Shown: positions 8,005-15,743 of the stretch, one piece after another
Layout: each line of letters begins with the position of its first letter
Numbering within the stretch: the first letter of the stretch is position 1
Assembly: GCA_046757025.1 (NCBI GenBank)
Contig: JBHHXN010000086.1
Location: 1 to 21,923, forward strand
Direction: 5' to 3'
Length of the DNA: 21,923 bases
Source of the DNA: a bacterium
GTDB taxonomy: Bacteria; Zhuqueibacterota; Zhuqueibacteria; Oceanimicrobiales; Oceanimicrobiaceae
Notes under the pieces: model-generated
Database searches by the model: none
What the model saw: the letters and a program-made list of their open reading frames with translations, nothing else
What the model was told of the DNA's origin: nothing
Program-made: the position numbers and the translations under genes

Positions 8005-9030
8005 ATGAAAACCAGAGAAAGAATCCTGAAACACCTAAAAGAGAAAGGAGCGGCAAGCGGCGCCGAGCTGGCCAATGCTCTCGGAATGACCCGGCAGGCG
8101 GTCAACAAGCACATCAAAGAATTGGTTCAGGATTCAAAAGTAGTGAAGGAAGGCTCGACCCGAGCAACCGTTTATCGATATGCAAACTTCAAGCACAGAG
8201 CCCCCTCTCAAAGACGTATTACCAAAACCTATTTTTTGAAAGGTTTGGAGGAAGATAAAGTATTCTATGAATTGGCTGGCGTGCTGAACCTGCGACGAGA
8301 ACTCAGTAAAAATGCTGCGGATATCGCTCATTATGCTTTCACTGAAATGTTAAACAATGCCATTGATCATTCTTACGCAAAAGAATGTGCTGTGGCGGTC
8401 CGTCTCGATCCCTACAAGTTTACATTTCAAATCAGGGATTTCGGTATCGGGATTTTCTATTCTATTTTTAAAAAATTCGGTTTACCCGATGAAGATGCCG
8501 CCATCGGTGAACTCATTAAAGGCAAAACGACCACGATGGCGGAAAAGCACAGCGGTGAAGGGATTTTTTATACTTCAAAAGCAGCGGATGTCGTCCATTT
8601 CAGATCTCACAAAATCCAGCTTATTTTTGACAATCAGAAAAGAGATGTTTTTGTTGAGCAAAAAAAATTTATTGCCGGCACCGAGGTAGTTTTTAGTATC
8701 AGTAAAAAATCAAAACGAAAATTAAATGAACTTTTCGACCGCTTTGCTCCTCAGGAGTTTGATTACCGGTTCGAGAGAACCACAGCTCAAGTCAAGCTTT
8801 TTAGCACGGACTATGTTTCGAGATCAGAGGCCAAGAGAATGCTTCATGGGTTGGATAAGTTCAAGGAAATTACCCTGGATTTTGCTGGCGTTAAGGCAAT
8901 CGGCCAGGGATTTGCAGATGAAATTTTCCGGGTTTTTAAAAAAGCCCATCCTGAGATCGTCATAAAAATTGAAAACTTAAGTCCGACACTAAAACCGATA
9001 ATCAGTCATGTGGTTGACAATCCTTTTTAA
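8005..9030 (+). CDS. wHTH + histidine-kinase-like ATPase + DUF4325 (STAS-like) domain protein
   Basis: The N-terminal HTH reads ELANALGMTRQAVNKHIKEL. GHKL boxes are FTEMLNNAIDHS, IRDFGIGI and HSGEGIF. The C-terminal VSRSEAKRML...LDFAGVKAIGQGFADEIFRVF is typical of DUF4325. Confidence 0.88.
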   Translation: MKTRERILKHLKEKGAASGAELANALGMTRQAVNKHIKELVQDSKVVKEGSTRATVYRYANFKHRAPSQRRITKTYFLKGLEEDKVFYELAGVLNLRRELSKNAADIAHYAFTEMLNNAIDHSYAKECAVAVRLDPYKFTFQIRDFGIGIFYSIFKKFGLPDEDAAIGELIKGKTTTMAEKHSGEGIFYTSKAADVVHFRSHKIQLIFDNQKRDVFVEQKKFIAGTEVVFSISKKSKRKLNELFDRFAPQEFDYRFERTTAQVKLFSTDYVSRSEAKRMLHGLDKFKEITLDFAGVKAIGQGFADEIFRVFKKAHPEIVIKIENLSPTLKPIISHVVDNPF

Positions 9031-9056
9031 TTTTTGGTTGACAATTAGTTGTCAAT
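9013..9056 (+). repeat. Downstream array of three GTTG(A/T)CAAT boxes
   Basis: GTTGACAAT at 9013 (inside the last codons) and 9037, and GTTGTCAAT at 9048. The last two form TTGACAA-N4-TTGTCAA. Confidence 0.75.
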
Positions 9057-9138
9057 GCGCTTGAGTTTGACCAGATGCCACTTGTGGCGCCATTACTTTT
9101 TGCCCTCACTAGTAGTGCGATTCCTTATTATCATTGCA

Positions 9139-9172
9139 GTCATTTCGAGGAACGAAGCGACGAAGCAGTCTC
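9139..9172. repeat. REP-like unit (GTCATTTCGAGGAACGAAGCGACGAAGCAGTCTC)
   Basis: Intergenic imperfect palindrome starting with GTCAT, related to the unit at ~10112-10144 in reverse orientation. Confidence 0.5.
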
Positions 9173-9272
9173 CTGCCATTTGAAAACAACATAACTCTTT
9201 CACAATGTCTCACTCAAATCCTCCTAAAGGGGGAATTGGGTGAACGGAAAAGAAGGGAAGTTGCGATCAAAT

Positions 9273-9302
9273 AAAAAAAGGGTACTAAAAATAGTACCCT
9301 TT
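9273..9302 (-). terminator. Intrinsic terminator of the 9327-9908 gene
   Basis: Stem AAAGGGTACTA/TAGTACCCTTT with a 4-nt loop. The A-tract at 9273-9279 gives a U-tract on the minus strand. Confidence 0.8.
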
Positions 9303-9326
9303 AACACTAAGACGTTCTTTCTAAAT

Positions 9327-9908
9327 CTATCGGCCGGGATTGGGCGCGGCGCTTGGTGCGCACAAACCGCCGCCGATGTAAATTCCCGCGCCATGCCCTG
9401 CGCCAAAGCCGTCGCCGTTTTTCAATCCAAAAGAATTGTATTCGCTGCCCGGCACTTTCCCCTCGGCCGGAGAAAACCCGCCAACCGAATCGGCCGTTAC
9501 TTGCGCCATAATGAAATTGAACGACTCTTTCAATTCACTTAAACTGGCCAGCGACGCCATGACCGTAGTTTCTCTGTTCATGTTGCCTTTAGTCAAGGTG
9601 CTCGCTCTACCGACTTGTTTGGAAGCTTCTGAATTGGAAACACCAAACTGATCTGAATTTTGACCGTTCAACTGATCCGCTTTTACACTCGACACCTCTT
9701 CAGTGGTCAAATCGAATTCAATGGTTTGCGATAGGTCTGCGGGCTGTACGATCATGGTGCCGATCAAAAATGAAGCCAGCGCCGAGCCGATCACAATGTG
9801 TACGATTATCGAAATTCCGATGGCATCCCGGGTGCTCAGACCTTTTCGGAATCTATTTTTGATGGCCTGTCGAATGACTTTTACTCTGTTGAGAACTTCT
9901 GCTTTCAT
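9327..9908 (-). CDS. Hypothetical single-pass membrane protein with Gly-rich C-terminus (TonB/TolA-like anchor)
   Basis: AAGGAG RBS. The TM segment ISIIVHIVIG contains an S-x3-H-like motif, followed by a low-complexity linker and a GFGAGHGAG tail. It has its own terminator. Confidence 0.7.
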   Translation of the reverse strand: MKAEVLNRVKVIRQAIKNRFRKGLSTRDAIGISIIVHIVIGSALASFLIGTMIVQPADLSQTIEFDLTTEEVSSVKADQLNGQNSDQFGVSNSEASKQVGRASTLTKGNMNRETTVMASLASLSELKESFNFIMAQVTADSVGGFSPAEGKVPGSEYNSFGLKNGDGFGAGHGAGIYIGGGLCAPSAAPNPGR

Positions 9909-9957
9909 AACGACTCCTTGTTAATGGCAAATATTGATCACATCTTACATTCTTTGC

Positions 9958-9983
9958 AACGCAGAAGCGTGATAAAAAATTCC
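9958..9983 (-). promoter_or_regulatory. Possible ECF-sigma promoter
   Basis: Minus strand GGAATT-N16-CGTT, about 50 nt upstream of ATG 9908. Confidence 0.35.
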
Positions 9984-10041
9984 AGCTAAAAAGGATTTAT
10001 TGGCTGTGAGATGGAAAAATAAGATGACTTGAAAACACGCC

Positions 10042-10176
10042 GGGACAGCCCAAAGAAGGATAAACGTCATTCTGTGCGAGGTGAAAAAACCCTACTTCGT
10101 GCCTCAACTTGGAGGTTCTTCGTCGATTCGTTCCTAAAAATGACCTTTTAAAATTGCTGACTCTTTGCGCAACCCT
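10042..10176. repeat. Degenerate REP-like doublet (10066-10144) within possible decayed TIRs
   Basis: GTCATTCTGTGCGAGGTGAAAAAACC...GGTTCTTCGTCGATTCGTTCCTAAAAATGAC. The flanks GGGACAGCCCAAAGA and TCTTTGCGCAACCC are imperfectly complementary. Confidence 0.45.
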
Positions 10177-10355
10177 GCAGTTTCGTAAAAGAAGAATTGG
10201 TCTGTTGCGGAATCAAGCCATTTGTAGCTGCCAGAAAACCGAACACTTTTTTGAGCACGGATTGGCTGTTCTGCAATTACATGAAAAGAATCGGTGTTAA
10301 TTGAAATGAAACCTTGTCTTTCCAATCCTTCAAATGGGTTATCTTTCCTCACTCT

Positions 10356-11687
10356 CTATTTTAATCCATTGATTCTCGGGCGGCCGATGGAAAAATAATC
10401 GATGTTGAGCTGTTTCATGCGCAGAGGATCGTATAAATTTCTGCCATCAAATATGGCTGGCTGATTCAACGTTTCTTTGATCAAATAAAAATCCGGTTCG
10501 CGGAAGGCATTCCACTCAGTCATGATGATCAGCGCGTCGGCGCCTTCCAGCGCGTCGTAGCGTTTTTTGAACAAGGTTAAGTGGCTGTTGAGATGGTCTT
10601 TTAGCTCTCTTTCGGCCACATTCAGCGATTCCGGATCGTGTGCCCGGATGTTCGCTCCGTGCGCACTTAAACTTTTGATCATTTCGATTGCGGGCGCTTC
10701 CCGCATGTCATCGGTTTTCGGTTTGAATGCCAGCCCCCACATCGCAAAGGTTTTGCCCTGCAGGTCATTCTTAAAATAGGACTTAATTTTCTGCAGCAGA
10801 ATGGTTTTCTGCCGATAGTTGACTTCTTCCACCGAAGAGACGATTTTTAAATCAAAACCGTGGTCTTTAGCGGTCTTGATGATGGCCTTGACATCTTTCG
10901 GAAAACAGGAACCCCCGTAACCGGTTCCCGGATAAATAAAATGCGGCCCGATTCGTGCGTCGGTGCCGATACCCTGGCGCACCATTTCGATGTCTGCGCC
11001 CACCAGGTCGCACAAATTCGCTATTTCGTTCATGTAAGAAATTTTGGTGGCCAACAGTGCGTTCGCAGCGTATTTCGTCAATTCTGCGCTGCGCTCATCC
11101 ATGATAAGGATGGGTTTGCCGGAGCGTACGAAAGGCCGGTACAAGTCTTTCATTTTTTTAGCAGCCTCTTCATCGCTGGTGCCAATGACCACGCGATCCG
11201 GTCTTAAAAAGTCGTCGATAGCCGCCCCTTCTTTTAAGAACTCCGGGTTTGAAACCACCGCAAAAGCGTAGTCGGTGTATTTTTTTATTTCTACCGCTAC
11301 TTTTTCGGCGGTGCCTACCGGTACCGTACTTTTATTGACAATAATTTTGAAGTCATTCATGTATTTGCCGATATCCCGAGCCACAGACAAAACGTGTTTT
11401 AAATCGGCGGAGCCGTCTTCGTCCGGAGGCGTACCCACCGCAATAAAAATTATCTCGGTTTTCTCCACCGCTTGTTTTAGGTTGGTGGTGAAAAACAAGC
11501 GATCTTCTTTGGCGTTTTGAACTACCATCTCTTTTAATCCGGGTTCATAAATGGGGATATCGCCGTTGTTTAAAATATCTATTTTTTTCTCATCGACATC
11601 CACACAGATGACTTCGTTTCCAGTATCGGCAAAGCAAGTGCCTGCCACCAATCCCACGTATCCGGTTCCAATGATTGAAATCTTCAT
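10356..11687 (-). CDS. ugd: UDP-glucose/GDP-mannose 6-dehydrogenase
   Basis: Rossmann GTGYVGLV, IYEPGL, NKSTVPVGT, SNPEFLKEG, catalytic GYGGSCFPKD and GLAFKPKTDDMREAP. GGGAG RBS. Confidence 0.96.
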   Translation of the reverse strand: MKISIIGTGYVGLVAGTCFADTGNEVICVDVDEKKIDILNNGDIPIYEPGLKEMVVQNAKEDRLFFTTNLKQAVEKTEIIFIAVGTPPDEDGSADLKHVLSVARDIGKYMNDFKIIVNKSTVPVGTAEKVAVEIKKYTDYAFAVVSNPEFLKEGAAIDDFLRPDRVVIGTSDEEAAKKMKDLYRPFVRSGKPILIMDERSAELTKYAANALLATKISYMNEIANLCDLVGADIEMVRQGIGTDARIGPHFIYPGTGYGGSCFPKDVKAIIKTAKDHGFDLKIVSSVEEVNYRQKTILLQKIKSYFKNDLQGKTFAMWGLAFKPKTDDMREAPAIEMIKSLSAHGANIRAHDPESLNVAERELKDHLNSHLTLFKKRYDALEGADALIIMTEWNAFREPDFYLIKETLNQPAIFDGRNLYDPLRMKQLNIDYFSIGRPRINGLK

Positions 11688-11935
11688 ATTTCACTCCCTG
11701 TTTTCAAAAAATGCATGGCGTGTAAATTTGGTAAATGGTTATAATTGATCGATTAGTTCAGAACATTTAATCGGCAACTTTGAATGAATTATTAATTTCT
11801 GAGTATTAACTTTGTTAAATTTAAAAGCTTAAAACAATACAATTTTACATTCTAAATTGAAAAATTGGCGAAAGAGAATTCGCTTTTTAAGGAGACAGAT
11901 TTTCTGGATAAAAACGAATCTGTGCGGTGTGGAAC

Positions 11936-11972
11936 AAAAAAGCGCCGTTCGGTTTTACAACTGAACGGCGCT
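11936..11972 (-). terminator. Intrinsic terminator of the lipoprotein gene
   Basis: Stem AGCGCCGTTCGGTT/AACTGAACGGCGCT with loop TTAC, preceded by an A-tract on the plus strand. Confidence 0.8.
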
Positions 11973-12010
11973 CCTTTGTTGACAAGAGGATAGGAGGAAG
12001 GGTTCGGAAG

Positions 12011-13057
12011 TTAATTGTTGTTATCGCTGTTTACAACCCGGTAACGACCCTGGAAAAATCCCCGTCCGTCGCCTTGACGCCCGGTTTTAAAGTGCCCGTG
12101 CAGGGTTCCGACGGTGGTGTGCTCGCGATTGACCCAGCGGCCTTTGAAAAATCCGCGATTTTCATCCCCTCGATAAGCCCATTGACCGGCCAACAAGCCG
12201 CGAAATTCGCCATTTAAACTGATGTATTTACCCTTAAAAACTTTGTTGCCGAACTGGTTGATGCCCCAGATGCCGCGCAGATAGCCAGCATTGGTACCCA
12301 GACTGTTTATCCATCTTCCCCGAAATTTGCCGCCGTGAGGTCTGTCTTTGATCCAGTGTCCAGCAAAAAATCCACCGGCAAAGGGTGTGACCTCTTTTGA
12401 GCGGCTGACGATGGAGACTTGTTGACCTTTGCTGCCCACGTCTTCTATCAATTCTAACGAATCTAGATCGCTGTAAGAAACAGTAGCGCTATAGGCGCCG
12501 GCGTTGATGGTCAGACTGCCTTCCACGTCGTCGTCAGTAGAATCGTTATCCAGAATGGCCAGTGCCAGGCCATCAAAATGCGGTTTGGTGAAAGAAGTAA
12601 ATTCCACTTTTTTACGGGAATCTCTGGGCAGATGCAGAAAATCGTTGTCTTCGAAGCGAATGGTTTTGAGAACAAGCAGAGTGCCCTTGTTGATTTCAAT
12701 GGAGCCACTCCAATCGGTGGCCTCGGTTTCCGTGGAGTTGCCTTCAAGGTAGCCCCAGGTTACCCGCAAAAAGTAGGCTTTGATTTTGTCGGAATTCAAA
12801 TCATTCATTAAGCTCGGATCAGAACTATAGGTGTCCGCAGCGACTTGATCTTCAGAAAATTCCTCCATCATATCGGATGAGCCAAAGGCCGGAGCTTCGT
12901 CGTTGGTGCTGTAACCGCCAAATTCCTTATCCAGGCTGATTTCGGCATTTTCACCCTCGTTTTCTTCCGGGGCCGTCGCTTGTTCGTTGCTGCAAGCAGA
13001 AAACACCATCATCGCAACCAGGATGGAAATCCACATTAAAGACAAAAATCTTTTCAT
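12011..13057 (-). CDS. Hypothetical lipoprotein with acidic N-terminal half and basic G-x-F-x-G-x-W repeat C-terminal domain
   Basis: GGAGG RBS, ATG 13057 and lipobox FSAC. The C-terminal repeats are FAGHW, FRGRW, LRGIW, FKGKY, LAGQW, FKGRW, LHGHF and FQGRY. Confidence 0.85.
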   Translation of the reverse strand: MKRFLSLMWISILVAMMVFSACSNEQATAPEENEGENAEISLDKEFGGYSTNDEAPAFGSSDMMEEFSEDQVAADTYSSDPSLMNDLNSDKIKAYFLRVTWGYLEGNSTETEATDWSGSIEINKGTLLVLKTIRFEDNDFLHLPRDSRKKVEFTSFTKPHFDGLALAILDNDSTDDDVEGSLTINAGAYSATVSYSDLDSLELIEDVGSKGQQVSIVSRSKEVTPFAGGFFAGHWIKDRPHGGKFRGRWINSLGTNAGYLRGIWGINQFGNKVFKGKYISLNGEFRGLLAGQWAYRGDENRGFFKGRWVNREHTTVGTLHGHFKTGRQGDGRGFFQGRYRVVNSDNNN

Positions 13058-13123
13058 TTTTAATACCTCCAATTTAGAGTAAATAAAAAATCATTGAGTA
13101 AAATTAATTTCATGCGTTCGTTA

Positions 13124-13140
13124 AGCAAGCGTCAGGCCAA
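13124..13140 (-). promoter_or_regulatory. Sigma54 (-24/-12) promoter
   Basis: Minus strand TTGGCCTGACGCTTGCT (GG-N10-GC), about 67 nt upstream of the lipoprotein ATG, within a long AT-rich intergenic region. Confidence 0.6.
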
Positions 13141-13352
13141 AAAATAACGAAAAACTTTTTGTAGTGCCGCAACTCGTTGTAATTCAAAAAGTAAGCCTTT
13201 TAAGAATACATAATCTGTTCGAAAATGAATTGAGACGCGCGTGCAATTTGGGGCATAAATGTACTTGCAGGTACACATGTGTGCTTTGGATTTTACTTGA
13301 CTTTGCTGCTCCTTTCCATTAAATTCATTTGACTTTTGCAAAATAACGTGTT

Positions 13353-13547
13353 CAACCTAAGAGCCTGTGTGTCAAGTCGAAATGTAAACTAAAAACCAAT
13401 TTTGCCGCTATTGTCATTCTCCGAAAACTACTCGGAACAGGCTGGAAGAATCTTTTTAATAAACAGCACTTTACGTCCAAACTAAAATGATTCCTACAGA
13501 AAGACAGACGCGTAGTTTACGCGTTTTCACACAGTCTCTTTAGGTTG
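13353..13547. mobile_element. Degenerate MITE-like element
   Basis: The ends CAACCTAAGAGCCTGTGTG (13353-13371) and CACACAGTCTCTTTAGGTTG (13528-13547) are near reverse complements. The interior has a decayed GTCATTC...GAAGAATCT / GATTCCTACAGAAAGACA REP-like pair. No clean TSD. Confidence 0.55.
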
Positions 13548-13697
13548 CAGCAGGCTGACGCCTGATCACCCCTTCGTATTTTTTATTTTGCAGAAGCCGA
13601 TTAATTTATTTGACCTCTGAAAAATTCAGCAGCCCAAGAGTATTCGTGCGATTTTGATCAGGGAGTATTCACCAATTCAGAAAGAGGAGATCATTCA

Positions 13698-13904
13698 TTG
13701 ACATTTCTCACTTCGTGACGTGATTCATAATCCAACTGTTAATTAAGAGGTTACTGATTGTTCTACTTTCACCCTGAACGGAGTCGAAGGGTGACTAGTT
13801 CTGGCAGTAATTCATGCTTCGACTCCGCTCAGCATGAAGTGAACCTGTCGTATCTAATTATTTAATATGAACATAGTTGCATAACTTAAAGTGAGAAATG
13901 TTAG
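13698..13904. mobile_element. MITE of about 207 bp with TIRs and flanking direct repeat
   Basis: TIRs are (TTG)ACATTTCTCACTT and AAGTGAGAAATGT(TAG). TCATTCA(TTGACA) is repeated at 13691 and 13905. The right 53 bp are identical to window positions 1-53. Confidence 0.8.
13769..13838. repeat. Inverted doublet of REP-like palindromes (CTGAGCGGAGTCGAAG type) inside the MITE
   Basis: TCACCCTGAACGGAGTCGAAGGGTGA (13769-13794) and TTCATGCTTCGACTCCGCTCAGCATGAA (13811-13838). Confidence 0.8.
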
Positions 13905-14041
13905 TCATTCATTGACACCCTCAATGAGTTGAGACTATTTTTTTACCTTCATCAACACTCAAATTGCGCCACATATTTGAAGAAGTGATGCAATGAATAG
14001 TAAAAGGGAATTTAGCCGAATAAAAATGGGAGAACGTCGCC

Positions 14042-14227
14042 ATGTTGTGTGAACATTTGAAAGAATTTTCTGATTACGTGAAGGAAAATCAGATCGAAAT
14101 CGGGGGTCTAGATTTGATCAAAGTGGTTTGCAAAAAGTGTCAGATAACCGCCGAATGCCCGTACATTCCGCTTGATGATTTTAACATCCAGGCTGATAAA
14201 GATACCAAAGAAAATGATCTCACTTGA
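14042..14227 (+). CDS. Small hypothetical protein with CEH and CxxC-x5-C motifs (possible metal binding)
   Basis: 61 aa with GGGAGA RBS. Reads MLCEHL...VCKKCQITAECP and is co-oriented 65 bp upstream of the recycling operon. Confidence 0.6.
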   Translation: MLCEHLKEFSDYVKENQIEIGGLDLIKVVCKKCQITAECPYIPLDDFNIQADKDTKENDLT

Positions 14228-14292
14228 AAAGCGTTTAACTCTATCTAAGCACGCTTTATTTACTCAGCATCCGATCTGTTTTAAATGAGGCT

Positions 14293-15732
14293 ATGCATCC
14301 TAAACTGGTAAAACTGTTTGAATCGCATTTTGGCGAAAAAGTGATCGATCTGGCACCGCTGAAATCCCACGGCTCCAATCGCAAGCTGTTTCGGATTCGC
14401 AGCTCTGTTCGCTCGGTGATTGGGGCTGACAACGCCGATCGCGATGAAAACGCCGCCTTTTTAGATTTTTCACGTCACTTTTTCCGCCTGGGTCTGCCGG
14501 TGCCGGAAATTTATGCGGAAGATCTTGATGCCGGAATTTATCTCGAAGAAGATCTGGGGGATGACACACTATTCGATTTGCTCATCGAATCCTGGAAAGT
14601 GCCATCGAGATTTCCTCAAAAAATTATTAATTTATATGAGAAAACCGTGCATTGTCTTCCAAAATTTCAGATCGAAGCCGGCCAATCCATCAATTACGGA
14701 GTCTGTTATCCGCGGCACAGCTTTGATCGCCAGTCCATGATGTGGGATTTGAATTATTTTAAATACTATTTTCTGAAGCTGGCGCAGATTCCCTTCAATG
14801 AGCAAAAGTTGGAAGACGATTTTAATCGCTTTACAGCCTGTTTGCTGCGAACGGGACAGGATTATTTTCTCTATCGGGATTTTCAATCGCGCAATATCAT
14901 GATTCGCAATGGCAGGCCTTTCTTTATCGATTATCAGGGTGGGCGCAAAGGGGCTTTGCAGTATGATATCGCCTCGTTGTTGTTCGATGCCAAAGCAAAT
15001 TTGCCCTTTGACGTACGTGAGAAACTCATGCGGGTTTACCTCGACGCGCTGTCGCAGTGGATAACGGTGGACGAAGAGGAGTTTATGAAATATTATTTCG
15101 GCTATGTTTTGATCCGAATCATGCAGGCTATGGGTGCCTACGGCTTTCGAGGTTTTTATGAGCGCAAAGCTCATTTTCTTCAAAGCGTGCCCTTTGCCAT
15201 TCGCAACCTCGAGTATGTTTTGCGCACCGCGGTTTTACCGGTGGAGCTGCCCACGCTCATGGACATACTGCAGCGCATGGTACGCTCCACAAAGCTGCGG
15301 GAACTGGGCGACGTTCAATTACCTCTCACCGTCCGAATTCAAAGTTTTTCCTACAAAGAAGGACTGCCAAAGGATGAATCGGGACACGGCGGAGGTTTCA
15401 TCTTTGATTGTCGCGCCTTGCCGAATCCGGGTCGCCACAAAAAATACATGAACAAAACCGGCACCGATCCGGAAGTCATCGCTTTTCTCGAGAATGAAGA
15501 AGAAGTCCACGTCTTTCTAACTCGCGTGCGGGATTTAATTTCGCAGGTGGTGGAAAATTACCAACATCGCAATTTCAGTTACCTCGGAGTCGCTTTCGGC
15601 TGCACGGGTGGTCAACATCGTTCGGTTTATTGCGCCAATGTATTGGAAAAATATCTGAGGGAAAAATTCAAAAATTTGAAAGTGGAAGTCTCGCATCGAG
15701 AATTGCCGCGAATCCTGAGCCCAATTAATTGA
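14293..15732 (+). CDS. AmgK-like anomeric MurNAc/GlcNAc kinase (APH fold) fused to RapZ C-terminal domain
   Basis: Kinase motifs are GSNRKLFRI, EDLGD, YRDFQSRNIM, IDYQGGRKG and YDIASLL. The C-terminus has SFSYK, FIFDCRALPNPG and GCTGGQHRSV. Adjacent to a MurU-like gene. Confidence 0.88.
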   Translation: MHPKLVKLFESHFGEKVIDLAPLKSHGSNRKLFRIRSSVRSVIGADNADRDENAAFLDFSRHFFRLGLPVPEIYAEDLDAGIYLEEDLGDDTLFDLLIESWKVPSRFPQKIINLYEKTVHCLPKFQIEAGQSINYGVCYPRHSFDRQSMMWDLNYFKYYFLKLAQIPFNEQKLEDDFNRFTACLLRTGQDYFLYRDFQSRNIMIRNGRPFFIDYQGGRKGALQYDIASLLFDAKANLPFDVREKLMRVYLDALSQWITVDEEEFMKYYFGYVLIRIMQAMGAYGFRGFYERKAHFLQSVPFAIRNLEYVLRTAVLPVELPTLMDILQRMVRSTKLRELGDVQLPLTVRIQSFSYKEGLPKDESGHGGGFIFDCRALPNPGRHKKYMNKTGTDPEVIAFLENEEEVHVFLTRVRDLISQVVENYQHRNFSYLGVAFGCTGGQHRSVYCANVLEKYLREKFKNLKVEVSHRELPRILSPIN

Positions 15733-15743
15733 TCGTGAGAACC

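Noticed and set aside
7945..9056. GTTGACAAT repeats as a CRISPR array
   Set aside because: Units are only 9-17 bp with 11-24 bp spacing, there are no 30-40 bp spacers, and no cas genes are present.
10134..10352. 72-aa ORF right after ugd
   Set aside because: No recognisable motif, and it runs into a degenerate repeat element. It cannot be supported as a gene, although a relic is not excluded.
13132..13341. 69-aa ORF and possible IHF/enhancer sites upstream of the sigma54 motif
   Set aside because: The ORF overlaps the promoter and lacks an RBS. Candidate IHF and activator sites deviate too much from consensus to call by eye.
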